From NCBI GenBank assembly GCA_031552145.1, contig JAVBMV010000005.1, forward strand, positions 3,869 through 67,868: a stretch of DNA of 64,000 bases, given 5' to 3'. A program made the position numbers and the translations under genes. Below, piece after piece: positions 52,713 through 61,477 of this stretch; the first letter of the stretch is position 1; every line of letters starts with the position of its first letter. The stretch is from Myxococcales bacterium. Lineage in GTDB: Bacteria > Myxococcota > Myxococcia > Myxococcales > UBA5297. Under the pieces are notes generated by a model. It ran no database searches and was not told the DNA's origin. It was given only the letters and a program-made list of their open reading frames with translations.

Positions 52713-53242
52713 TGCGGCTCCACGACCTGCGCGCGGTGATTGGCCAGGCGCGCCATGGTGAAGAGCCAGTCGGAGAGCCGGTTGACGTAGATGATCAGCT
52801 CCGACTCGACCGGCTCCTCGAGCGAGAGCGCGACGATGGCGCGCTCGGCGCGCCTGCAGATGGTCCGCGCGAGGTGCAGGGTGGCGCTGCTCTCGCAGCC
52901 GCCGGGGAGTACGAAGTGGCGCAGCGGGGGAAGCTCGTCGACCGCTGCGTCGATTTCGCTCTCCAGCACCGCGATCCAACTGCTCTCGATCGCGGGGAGT
53001 TTGGCGCGGGCGCTCTCGTCGGCCGCGGCGAGCCGGGCGCCCAGGGTGAAGAGCTCCGACTGGATGCGCAGCAGGGGGACGTCGAGCGCCGAGGCGCGCG
53101 CCGCGGCCCGCGCCACACCCATGGCGGCGTTCAGCTCGTCGATGTCGCCGTAGGCCTCGACGCGGGTGGCGCATTTGTCGACGCGCCGCCCGCCGAAGAG
53201 CGAGGTCTTTCCGGCGTCTCCGCCCTTCGTATAGATCTTCAT
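52688..53242 (-). CDS. PduO-type ATP:cob(I)alamin adenosyltransferase
   Basis: The N-terminus MKIYTKGGDAGKTSLFGGRRVDK is characteristic, followed by ...LPGG...ATLHLARTICRRAER. Confidence 0.9.
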   Translation of the reverse strand: MKIYTKGGDAGKTSLFGGRRVDKCATRVEAYGDIDELNAAMGVARAAARASALDVPLLRIQSELFTLGARLAAADESARAKLPAIESSWIAVLESEIDAAVDELPPLRHFVLPGGCESSATLHLARTICRRAERAIVALSLEEPVESELIIYVNRLSDWLFTMARLANHRAQVVEPQWDPSHRG

Positions 53243-53256
53243 CGACCCTCCCTGCG

Positions 53257-54822
53257 CTAGAGCTTGCTCATCTGATCGAGGAACTCGCGGTTCGCCTTGG
53301 TGCCCTTCAGTTTGTCGAGCAGCATGCTGATCGAGTCGATGGGATTGAGCGGGTGGAGCACCTGGCGCAAGATCCAGACCCGGTTGTAGGTGAAGGAGTC
53401 CATCAGCAGCTCCTCCTTGCGCGTGCCCGATTTGTTGATGTCGAGACAGGGGAAGATGCGCTTCTCCATCAGCTTCCGGTCGAGCACAATCTCGGAATTG
53501 CCCGTCCCCTTGAACTCTTCGAAGATGACCTCGTCCATGCGGCTGCCGGTGTCGACGAGCGCGGTGCCGATGATGGTGAGGCTGCCCCCCTCCTCGATGT
53601 TGCGCGCGGCGCCGAAGAAGCGCTTGGGCTTGTGCAGCGCGTTGGAATCGACGCCGCCCGAGAGGATCTTCCCGGAGGGGGGAACGACTGTATTGTAGGC
53701 GCGCGCGAGGCGCGTGATCGAGTCGAGGAGGATCACCACGTCGCGCTTGTGCTCGACGAGTCGCTTCGCCTTCTCGATCACCATCTCGGCGACCTGAACA
53801 TGGCGGGTGGCGGGCTCGTCGAAGGTGGAGCTGACCACCTCGCCCTTCACCGACCGCTCCATATCCGTGACCTCTTCGGGCCGCTCGTCGATGAGCAGCA
53901 CGATCAAGATCACCTCGGGGTGGTTGTGGGTGATGGCGTGGGCGATGTGCTGCAAGAGGACAGTCTTGCCGGCGCGCGGCGGCGCGACGATGAGGCAGCG
54001 CTGCCCCTTCCCGATGGGGGTGAGCAGGTCGATGATGCGCGTGGTCATCTCGCCCGGGTCGTGCTCCAGATCGAGGCGGCGCGTGGGATAGAGCGGAGTG
54101 AGGTTGTCGAAGAGGAGCTTGTTGGCGTTCTCCTCGGGCGCCGCGTGGTTGATCGAGTCGACGCGCAGCATCGCGAAGTAGCGCTCGTTCTCCTTGCCCT
54201 GCGGCTGACGGACCGCGCCGTGCAGCGTATCGCCAGTGCGCAGCGCGAAGCGCCTGATCTGCGAAGGGGAGATGTAAATGTCGTCGGGGCCGGGCAGATA
54301 GCTAAAGTCGGGGCTGCGGAGGAAGCCGTAGTTGTCGGCCAGGATCTCCAGCGTCCCTTCTCCGCGGATCTCGCCGCGCCGCGCCGAGGTGAGCTTCAGA
54401 ATTTCGAAGATCAGATCCTGCTTGCGCATGCCGGAGGCTCCCTCGACATGGAGCTCCTGCGCGAGCGTGGCGAGCTCCGTGATCTTCATGCGCTGCAGGG
54501 AGGAGAGATAGAGGACGGGCTTCTCTTCGCCCGAATCCTCCTCCTGCTCGTCGGAGCCGGTGGGCTCGGCCTCATGCTCTGCCGTCGGCGCGCCCTCCTG
54601 AACCGGCGCGGCCTGCGGGGGCGCTTCCTCCTGCGGCGCGCTGACAGCCTCCAGCTCCTGGATCATCTCGGGAGTCAGGAGTTCCTGTTGCGCGGGTTGG
54701 AGCGTGAGTTTGGGAGTGCGGCGCGAGCGGCCCTGGCGCGCGCGGGGAGACTTGGGCGCGCCTTTGGTGCCGGCGGTGCCGGGGCGCTTTCGCGCTCTGC
54801 GGGGGGCGGAGTTCTTTTCCAT
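53257..54822 (-). CDS. rho: Transcription termination factor Rho with ~100-aa disordered N-terminal extension
   Basis: [33 protein letters not shown] (Rho N-terminal helix bundle), Walker [22 protein letters not shown], and the C-terminus ...[12 protein letters not shown]. It is preceded by a basic then acidic low-complexity stretch. Confidence 0.95.
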   Translation of the reverse strand: MEKNSAPRRARKRPGTAGTKGAPKSPRARQGRSRRTPKLTLQPAQQELLTPEMIQELEAVSAPQEEAPPQAAPVQEGAPTAEHEAEPTGSDEQEEDSGEEKPVLYLSSLQRMKITELATLAQELHVEGASGMRKQDLIFEILKLTSARRGEIRGEGTLEILADNYGFLRSPDFSYLPGPDDIYISPSQIRRFALRTGDTLHGAVRQPQGKENERYFAMLRVDSINHAAPEENANKLLFDNLTPLYPTRRLDLEHDPGEMTTRIIDLLTPIGKGQRCLIVAPPRAGKTVLLQHIAHAITHNHPEVILIVLLIDERPEEVTDMERSVKGEVVSSTFDEPATRHVQVAEMVIEKAKRLVEHKRDVVILLDSITRLARAYNTVVPPSGKILSGGVDSNALHKPKRFFGAARNIEEGGSLTIIGTALVDTGSRMDEVIFEEFKGTGNSEIVLDRKLMEKRIFPCLDINKSGTRKEELLMDSFTYNRVWILRQVLHPLNPIDSISMLLDKLKGTKANREFLDQMSKL

Positions 54823-54993
54823 GGGGTGTTCCGATCGGTTCTGCGGCGCAGACGGAGGAGGGTCGCCGCGCCGAGTGGTTCTCGACCCGGTTCGCCAGCC
54901 AACTCTCTTTATGAAGGCCGAAGGCCGCGCGGATTAGGTCCGCGCAAAGTGGGGGCTAGAAGCGAAGCGAGGGGAGAGTAGAGGCGGCGATGG

Positions 54994-55045
54994 GGCGAGT
55001 CAAGGCGCCCAGAGACAGTGTGTAGGCGAAACGCCTTGACTCGCC
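54994..55045. promoter_or_regulatory. 14-bp perfect inverted repeat, each arm carrying TTGACT, between divergent rho and tRNA-Ala
   Basis: GGCGAGTCAAGGCG (54994-55007), 24 nt, then CGCCTTGACTCGCC (55032-55045). The minus strand reads TTGACT-17 nt-TACTCT (54980-54975), which is upstream of rho. The plus strand reads TTGACT (55036-55041) followed by only a weak -10 (ATACCT/TACCTC), upstream of tRNA-Ala. Confidence 0.4.
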
Positions 55046-55108
55046 AGCGCGCTTCTTGATACCTCAGCGCCACTTCGACGGAGAAACTTCCCGAGAGGTG
55101 CTTCGCGT

Positions 55109-55184
<76 letters not shown>

Positions 55185-55191
55185 CGCAGTA

Positions 55192-55227
55192 GGGAGCCCC
55201 GGAACCACCGGGGCTCTCTTTTTTTTT
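55192..55227 (+). terminator. Rho-independent terminator after tRNA-Ala
   Basis: GAGCCCCGG-aacca-CCGGGGCTC is followed by a run of 9 T. The T-run overlaps the TAA stop (55226-55228) of the convergent WS/DGAT gene. Confidence 0.8.
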
Positions 55228-56680
55228 AGGCGCTCTGCGCGCCGCCCCGGCGCTCCCCATCGTTGGCGGCGTGCTTTGGGGCGCGATGGGCGATGCGCCC
55301 GGTATCGGCGCGCTCGCCGGTCGCCTCTTCGCCCAACATCGCCGCCAGTTCCAGGTGCAGCGCCTCGACGAGCTCGGAAGGATTTTCGATTAGGCCGGCA
55401 TCGCTGGCGACGCCGAACCGGAGCGACCCGGCGAAGCTGAAGATGCTAATCCCGAGCCCCAACCTGCCCGACTGCGGCACCCAGTAGATGAGCGAGCTCA
55501 GCTCCTTGCCGGCGAAGTAGAGGTTTTCGCGCGGTCCCGGCACATTGGTGAAGACCAGTGAGCCCTTCTTGCCGAAGATGTTGATGACCGCTGCCTCAAG
55601 CTGCCTCCCGCCGTGCCCCAGCATTTTGAGGATGCCGAAGACGACGGCCGCCTGCGGGGAGCGCTTGAGCGCGGTGGTGCGCTTGTGTACCTCGCGCAGG
55701 CGCGCGGCGGGCTCGCCGAGGCCTAGGGGCAGCGGCAAGAAGGCGAGGCCGAATCGGTTGCCCAGCTCAGCGTGCTCGCTTCGAGAGCGGAGGTTCACGG
55801 GCATCACCGCGCGCAGATCGAATGGGCTGAGCGCGCCGCGCGCGGCAAGGTAACGCCGCAGCGCCCCCGCGACCGCGTTGGCCAGGAGATCGTTGAGCGT
55901 CACCCCGTGCGCCTTGGCCACGCGTTTGGCCGTTTCGAGTTCGACGCTACGGCTCCAGGCAACGCGCTTCTCGATGCCGAGAGGCCCTTTGAGCGGCGTC
56001 TTGGGATCGCTGGGAAGCAGGACGAGTTTTCCGAGAGAGGCGGTAGAAGCGGCTGCACCCGCGAGCGCCGCCTTGGCCGGCTTGCGCAGCTCCAACGGAG
56101 AGGCGGTCGCCATGCGGGCCCTCGCCGAGGGGAGGAGAGGGACGCGCGCGCGGCGCCTGGCCGGGCGCTCCGGGAGCGTGTCGGGATCGCTATCGGTGAG
56201 AGAGAGGAGCACTTTGATCAGGGCAACGCCGTCAGCGATGCAGTGATGAATTCTGAGGATGACCGCGCTGCCCTCTCCGACATGCTCCACCAGGGTGGCG
56301 TGCCAGAGCGGGCGCGCGCGATCGAGGGGCGTGCTCATGAGCTGGCCGATGAGTGCTTGCAGCGCGCCATCGACCTCTGCGCCCTGGGGAACGTGGAGGC
56401 TGACGCGCTCGACATGCGCGTCGAGGTCGAAGTGAGGGGCGTATTCCCAGCGGGGAGGGGCGAAGAGACCTCCCTCTCGTACGCGCTGCCTGAAGCGATC
56501 GTAGCGGCAGAGCCTGTGGAGCAGCACGCGCTTGAGCCTCGCGAGGTCGAGGGGCTCGTCGAAGCGGAGGACCGCGTTGATGACCATCAGATTGGTCGGC
56601 GATTCCATCTGCAGCCAGGCGTGATCGACGCCATCCATCTGCTCGCTTCTTGGCTCTGGCCTTCTCTGCTCGCGCGTCAT
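55226..56680 (-). CDS. Wax ester synthase/diacylglycerol acyltransferase (WS/DGAT) family protein
   Basis: The active-site motif is HHCIADGVAL. The N-terminus is DHAWLQMESPTNLMVINAVLRF. Confidence 0.85.
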   Translation of the reverse strand: MTREQRRPEPRSEQMDGVDHAWLQMESPTNLMVINAVLRFDEPLDLARLKRVLLHRLCRYDRFRQRVREGGLFAPPRWEYAPHFDLDAHVERVSLHVPQGAEVDGALQALIGQLMSTPLDRARPLWHATLVEHVGEGSAVILRIHHCIADGVALIKVLLSLTDSDPDTLPERPARRRARVPLLPSARARMATASPLELRKPAKAALAGAAASTASLGKLVLLPSDPKTPLKGPLGIEKRVAWSRSVELETAKRVAKAHGVTLNDLLANAVAGALRRYLAARGALSPFDLRAVMPVNLRSRSEHAELGNRFGLAFLPLPLGLGEPAARLREVHKRTTALKRSPQAAVVFGILKMLGHGGRQLEAAVINIFGKKGSLVFTNVPGPRENLYFAGKELSSLIYWVPQSGRLGLGISIFSFAGSLRFGVASDAGLIENPSELVEALHLELAAMLGEEATGERADTGRIAHRAPKHAANDGERRGGAQSA

Positions 56681-56801
56681 GGTGTTCCTTCAATGGCACA
56701 TGTGGGTCGAGTGGCGCAATCGTATGGAGCGCCACGGGAGGCGCGCCGCTCGATCTCCTTTCACCATGCCCTACTGTTTGGGAGTTGCCACGCCACGGTG
56801 G

Positions 56802-59453
56802 CTACTCGCCGAGGCAGCAGAGCGCGCTCTCGGGCCCCAGCGCCGCCAAAGTAAGCCGCTCGGGCGAGAAGAGCTCGCGCGCCACGCGCTTGATCGAGGC
56901 GCCGGTCACCTCCGCCAGATGCGCTTCGTAGTCCAGGTAGTTGGCGGGACCGAGACCGTAGAGGGAGTCGTAGGCGATCAGCGCGGCGCGCGCGCTCTTC
57001 TTTTGCAGCCCGATGGCGTGCGTGCCTAGCAGGTAGCGGCGCGCGCGCTCCAGCTCCTCCTGGCCGAGCTCTTCGCGCGTCACGCGCTCCAGCTGCTCCT
57101 CGATACCCGCGATCGCCTCCTGAAGCTTCTCTGGACTGGTGCCGATGTAGACGCCGACATAGCCGGGATCGATCCCCTCGACCGAGAAGGCGCTGACGCT
57201 GTAGGCGAGGGAGCGGCGATCGCGAAGCTCGAAGAAAAGGCGACCGCCCTGCCCCGAGAGGACACTCGTTAGGAGGTCCAACGAGTAGCGCTCCGGGGAG
57301 CGGAGGGTGAGGCCGGGGAAGCCCATCACCAGGTGGACCTGGGCCTTCTCGAGGGAACGCTTGCCCACGCGGCGCTGGCGCTGGGGTGGCTCCTGTTCGA
57401 CCGCGGGCACTGCCGCTCTGGCGCCAGGGACGCCGCCGAAGAGCCTCTCGGCGCGCGCGAAGGCTGCGTCGGGCTCGACCTTTCCCACGATAGTGAGCGT
57501 GAGCTCCGATGGATCCTGATAGGTGCTCTGCAGCGCGCGGATCTTCGCCGCGTCGAGCGCGGCGACCGAGGCGCGACTCCCGAGAGGGTCGAGTCGATAG
57601 GGATGACGGGTGAAGAGCGTTCGCGAGAAGAGATCGAAGGTGGCGCTGGCCGGGTTGTCATCGCGAGCGTGAAGCTCCTGCAGCAGGAGCTCGCGCTCCC
57701 GGCCTAGATCCTCGTCGGCGAGGGAGGGCGTGAGCAGGCACTCGGCAAAGAGCTCCATGGCCCTATCGAAGTGAAGGGCGCGGAACTCCCCGTGAAGGCC
57801 GAGCGAATTGCGCCCCGCGGAGCCGCCCAGGGAGCCGGCCATCGCGTCGACCTCCTTCGCGAGCGCGGCAGCCGAAAGGCTTGAGGTCGCGCGAGTCATC
57901 AGCCGGCTGAGCAGATAGTTGATGCCGTTGTTCTCGTCGGTCTCGTTGCGCAGCCCTCCCGGATAGGCCGCGCGCACCGCGAAGAGCGGCAACCCCTCCT
58001 CGCGCTTCACCAACACGGTAACGCCATTGGAGAGGCGCGCCGATTCGATCTCTCCCCGGCCCATCGACCGCGCCGCGCGCGAGGGCGCGGCGGCTGGGAT
58101 GGGGCGCTCTTCCGCGCGCTGGGGTGCTCCGCTCACGGGCGCCTCCGCGCTCGCGCTGCCCGCCTCGAAGCCGGACTTGAGCGCCTGAAGCAGCGCCGCG
58201 TCGCTCTGGGAAATTTCGAGCGGCAGCAGCGCCGCGAGGGTGAGGTTCTCGAGCGTCAGATAGCGCTTCGCCGCCCGCGCGAGTTGCTCGGTGGTCGCCG
58301 CGGCGACTGCCGCGAGATAGCGCTCGAGCTGCTCGACTCCTCCCGCCGAGCTCTCGTAGAAGCCGAGCTGCCTCGCGACGCCTTGCACTGTCTCGCGGGC
58401 GTGGAGTTGGTCCGCCTCGACGAGCGCCTTCGCCGTCGCGAGCTCCTCTTCGGCGACGCCCTTGGAGACCAGTCGCGCCAGCTCGAAGCCGAGCGCCTCG
58501 AGCGCTTGCGCGGTCTGCTCCGCCGTCGCCGTGGCGCCCGTGACGAAGAGGCCCGGATCCTTGGGGGTATAGGCGTAGGCGTAGCTCTCGCTGGCCACCT
58601 CGCGCGAGAGCTCGAGCCCCAAGCGTAGGCGGGCGCCCTCACCCTGGCCGAGGACGATGGCGAGCAGGTCTAGCGCGGGAAGCTCGGGGGAGGAGATGGC
58701 GGGGATGTGGAAGGCGACCGTGAGGTGCGCCTCCTTTACTTCCTCTCGCTTGAGCGCCATTCGCGGCTCGAACTGGCGAGGCTCGACCTCGCGCGCCGAC
58801 GGAGGCCTCATGGCGGGGTCGCGTTGGGGGCGCCAGCGCTCGCCGAAGAGCCTCTCGACGCGCGCGAGGGCGTCGGCCATCTGGAAGTCGCCCACGATGC
58901 TCAGGACCGTCTGCTCGGGGCGGTAGTGCTCGCGGAAAAAGGAGAGCATCCGCGCGCGATCGAAAGAACGCACCGATTCGGGGGAGCCGATCACCTGAAG
59001 GCGGTAGGGATGGCGGCGATAGGCGGTCTCGAAGAGCGCGCGCGAGAGGCGCCTCGCCGGGATATCCTCCGAGCGCCTGATCTCCTCGACGACGACCTCG
59101 ATCTCTCGCTCCAGTTCCGCGGGATCGAAGGAGGGGTTCTGGATCGCGTCGGCCAGGATATCGAGCCCATCCTCGAAGAAGGAGGAGGCGAGGACCACGT
59201 GGTAGACGGTCTGGTCGAAGCTGGTCCAGGCGTTGATCTCGCCGCCCCGCGCCTCGACTTGTTTGGCGATTTCGCCCAGCCCCCTGCGCGCCGTTCCCTT
59301 GAAGAGCATGTGCTCATGCAGATGGGCGAGTCCGGCTTCGTCGCTCCTCTCGTCGGCGCTTCCGGCCTCGACCCAAACCTGGATGGCGACGACGGGGGCG
59401 TGGTGTTGCTCTTCGAGGATGACGGTCAGTCCGTTGCCGAGAGTGTGTCGCAC
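56802..59453 (-). CDS. Double M16 (pitrilysin/insulinase) family zinc peptidase
   Basis: The first half carries the HxxEH motif (HLHEHMLFKGT). The second half is an M16-like repeat without it. The maximal ORF reaches 59609 with no ATG. I chose GTG 59453, which is preceded by GAGG, so the start is uncertain. Confidence 0.75.
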   Translation of the reverse strand: MRHTLGNGLTVILEEQHHAPVVAIQVWVEAGSADERSDEAGLAHLHEHMLFKGTARRGLGEIAKQVEARGGEINAWTSFDQTVYHVVLASSFFEDGLDILADAIQNPSFDPAELEREIEVVVEEIRRSEDIPARRLSRALFETAYRRHPYRLQVIGSPESVRSFDRARMLSFFREHYRPEQTVLSIVGDFQMADALARVERLFGERWRPQRDPAMRPPSAREVEPRQFEPRMALKREEVKEAHLTVAFHIPAISSPELPALDLLAIVLGQGEGARLRLGLELSREVASESYAYAYTPKDPGLFVTGATATAEQTAQALEALGFELARLVSKGVAEEELATAKALVEADQLHARETVQGVARQLGFYESSAGGVEQLERYLAAVAAATTEQLARAAKRYLTLENLTLAALLPLEISQSDAALLQALKSGFEAGSASAEAPVSGAPQRAEERPIPAAAPSRAARSMGRGEIESARLSNGVTVLVKREEGLPLFAVRAAYPGGLRNETDENNGINYLLSRLMTRATSSLSAAALAKEVDAMAGSLGGSAGRNSLGLHGEFRALHFDRAMELFAECLLTPSLADEDLGRERELLLQELHARDDNPASATFDLFSRTLFTRHPYRLDPLGSRASVAALDAAKIRALQSTYQDPSELTLTIVGKVEPDAAFARAERLFGGVPGARAAVPAVEQEPPQRQRRVGKRSLEKAQVHLVMGFPGLTLRSPERYSLDLLTSVLSGQGGRLFFELRDRRSLAYSVSAFSVEGIDPGYVGVYIGTSPEKLQEAIAGIEEQLERVTREELGQEELERARRYLLGTHAIGLQKKSARAALIAYDSLYGLGPANYLDYEAHLAEVTGASIKRVARELFSPERLTLAALGPESALCCLGE

Positions 59454-59629
59454 GCGGGCCTCATTTCGGAGGGCGCATCGTCTTGCGGCCGAGCGCCGCG
59501 GGGGGTTCCGTACGATGCGAAGGGGGCGGCGACCCTGCCAGCTGCAGATGGGGGGGTCAAGGCGACCCGAGGCGCGCGCCGTGTTTAGCTTCGACCCGCT
59601 CGCAGCCAAGGCGCTGCGGGGAGGGGTGA

Positions 59630-59872
59630 ATGGCCGTCGAGGAGGGGATTCAGGTGAAGCGGCAGGGACAGGAGGAGGACGAGTACGAGCGCCTCGAGCA
59701 ATATGAGCGCCTCGCTGACCTCTTCGATGAGCAGCCCTCCGAGGATCGTGACGAGGAAGAGGAGGATGAAGAGGAGGAGCGCGCCCGCGCCGATGAGGAA
59801 GACGAGGAGGACGAGCTGCTCGATGACGACGAAGAGCTGGAGGAAGAAGAATATGGCGACGAGGTGGGGTGA
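59630..59872 (+). CDS. Extremely acidic small protein (80 aa, D/E-rich)
   Basis: GGGGAGGGG RBS 5 nt upstream of ATG 59630. The sequence MAVEEGIQVKRQGQEEDEYERLEQYERLADLFDEQPSEDRDEEEEDEEEERARADEEDEEDELLDDDEELEEEEYGDEVG has codon third positions consistent with coding. The opposite-strand ORFs (59585..59920, 59650..59925) are L/F- or S-homopolymer-like shadows. Confidence 0.5.
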   Translation: MAVEEGIQVKRQGQEEDEYERLEQYERLADLFDEQPSEDRDEEEEDEEEERARADEEDEEDELLDDDEELEEEEYGDEVG

Positions 59873-59939
59873 GCGCAAAGCGCGCGGGCGCCGCACCCGG
59901 TGAGGTGACGGCGCCCGCAAGGCACGAAGAGCTCGCTCG

Positions 59940-60608
59940 TTACTTTCGCTGAGCGGGCTTGGCCTGCCCTTCGGTTGGAGACTCGGCGACGGCCTTCTCG
60001 GGGGGCTGCATCGTCAGCTCTACCTCGATGGTGAAGGTGACCTCGTCTCCGACGAGGACGCCGCCGCCATCGAGCGCCTTGTTCCAGACCATCCCGAATT
60101 CTTTTCGGTTGAGCTTACCGGTGGCCGTGGCGCCCATCTTGGTCATGCCCCAGGGGTCTTTCATCTGCGCGGAGGGGCCGCTGATCTCGAAGGTGGCGGG
60201 GCGCTTCACACCATGGAGCGAGAGCTCGCCCTTGGCGAGGAGCCGATCCTTGCCCGCGCGTTCGATCTTGGTCGAGGTGAAGGTCATGGTCGGATACTTC
60301 TGCACATCGAAGAAGTCGGCGCTCCGCAGGTGCTCATCGCGCTTCTCGTCGCGGGTGGAGATAGAGGCGACATCGATCGTTGCCTCTATCTTCGACTTGT
60401 CGAGGTTCTTGGCGTCCCAAATGACCGTTCCCTCGACCTTGTTAAAGTCGCCCTTGACGTTGGAGACCATCAGGTGGCGCACCGAGAAGCCGACGTTCGA
60501 GTGCGCGGGATCGATCTTCCAGGTCTCGGCCGCCTCGGAGAGGCCCGGGGCAAAGAGCCCGAGAGAGAGAGCTGCTGCTGCGAAAACGGCTTTTATTGAA
60601 CGGCGCAT
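59940..60608 (-). CDS. YceI family periplasmic protein
   Basis: Signal peptide MRRSIKAVFAAAALSLGLFAPGLSEA, then WKIDPAHSNVGFSVRHLMVSNVKGDF. Confidence 0.85.
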   Translation of the reverse strand: MRRSIKAVFAAAALSLGLFAPGLSEAAETWKIDPAHSNVGFSVRHLMVSNVKGDFNKVEGTVIWDAKNLDKSKIEATIDVASISTRDEKRDEHLRSADFFDVQKYPTMTFTSTKIERAGKDRLLAKGELSLHGVKRPATFEISGPSAQMKDPWGMTKMGATATGKLNRKEFGMVWNKALDGGGVLVGDEVTFTIEVELTMQPPEKAVAESPTEGQAKPAQRK

Positions 60609-60713
60609 GATTGTCTCCTGAATGCAGCGCCCCTCGCCGACCAAAGCGCTGGGGCGAGGGGGAGGGCGCTGCGTTGTTTTGGAGTTCGATGCGGTGCCGC
60701 CGAAATGGTCGCA

Positions 60714-61460
60714 CTACATGTACATGCCGCCGTTGATATGCAGGACTTGCCCTGTGATGTAGTCGCCGCCCCGACCCGCGAGGAAGGCGACGCCCTCGCC
60801 GACCGCCTCGCGTTCGCCAAAGCGCCCGAGCGGAATCTTCTCGAGGAGCTGGCGCTTGGCCTCCTCGGGCACGCCCGCCACCATCGGTGAGTCCATGAAG
60901 CCGGGGCAGATGGCGTTGACCGTGATGTTGGCGCGCGCGACCTCGCGCGCCAGCGAGCGGGTGAGGCCGAGGAGCCCGGCCTTGGCGGCGGCATAGTTCG
61001 TCTGTCCGAGATTGCCCATGGCGCCGACGATGGAGCTGATGTTGACGACCCGTCCCCAGCGCCGTTCGCGCATCGAGTCGATGGAGGCGCGCGCCATTAG
61101 CCACGCTCCCTTGAGGCTGGTGTCGACGACCGTGTCCCAATCCTCCTCGGTCTGCTTCCAGAGCATCCGATCCCGGACGACCCCCGCGTTGTTCACGAGG
61201 AGCGAGATGGGGCCGAGCGCGCGGTTCACTTCGGCGACCATACGCACGACATCTTCGGCGACGCGCACGTCTCCTTGGACGACGCAGCACTCCCCACCCG
61301 CGCCCCGGATCTGGTCGGCGAGTCGACTCGCCTCCTCCCCGCGCGTGCGGAAGTGGAGGGCGAGTCTCCAGCCATCCTCCAGCAGACGCAGCGCGATCGC
61401 GTGCCCGAGCGCCCCGTTCGCGCCCGTGATGAGCGCGACCTTACCCGTCGAATCAGCCAT
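60714..61460 (-). CDS. SDR family reductase (3-oxoacyl-ACP/acetoacetyl-CoA reductase-like)
   Basis: Motifs ALITGANGALGHA, NNAG, NYAAAKAGL (YxxxK) and the C-terminus ...HINGGMYM. Confidence 0.85.
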   Translation of the reverse strand: MADSTGKVALITGANGALGHAIALRLLEDGWRLALHFRTRGEEASRLADQIRGAGGECCVVQGDVRVAEDVVRMVAEVNRALGPISLLVNNAGVVRDRMLWKQTEEDWDTVVDTSLKGAWLMARASIDSMRERRWGRVVNISSIVGAMGNLGQTNYAAAKAGLLGLTRSLAREVARANITVNAICPGFMDSPMVAGVPEEAKRQLLEKIPLGRFGEREAVGEGVAFLAGRGGDYITGQVLHINGGMYM

Positions 61461-61477
61461 GGTATCCCTCCCTCAAT

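Noticed and set aside
46352-55000. Shadow ORFs over lon, the AAA-ATPase gene, queG and rho (46352..47566(-), 47290..48363(+), 50020..51492(+), 51684..52739(+), 52409..53260(+) and 53353..54981(+)).
   Set aside because: It is the same reasoning. The real frames show Lon, Walker, ferredoxin and Rho motifs. These alternatives are composition artefacts of about 70% GC DNA.
59690-59870. GAG/GAA/GAC-rich repetitive tract considered as a CRISPR-like or satellite repeat.
   Set aside because: There is no unit-plus-spacer periodicity. It is triplet low-complexity consistent with an acidic coding tract. No CRISPR array occurs anywhere in the window.
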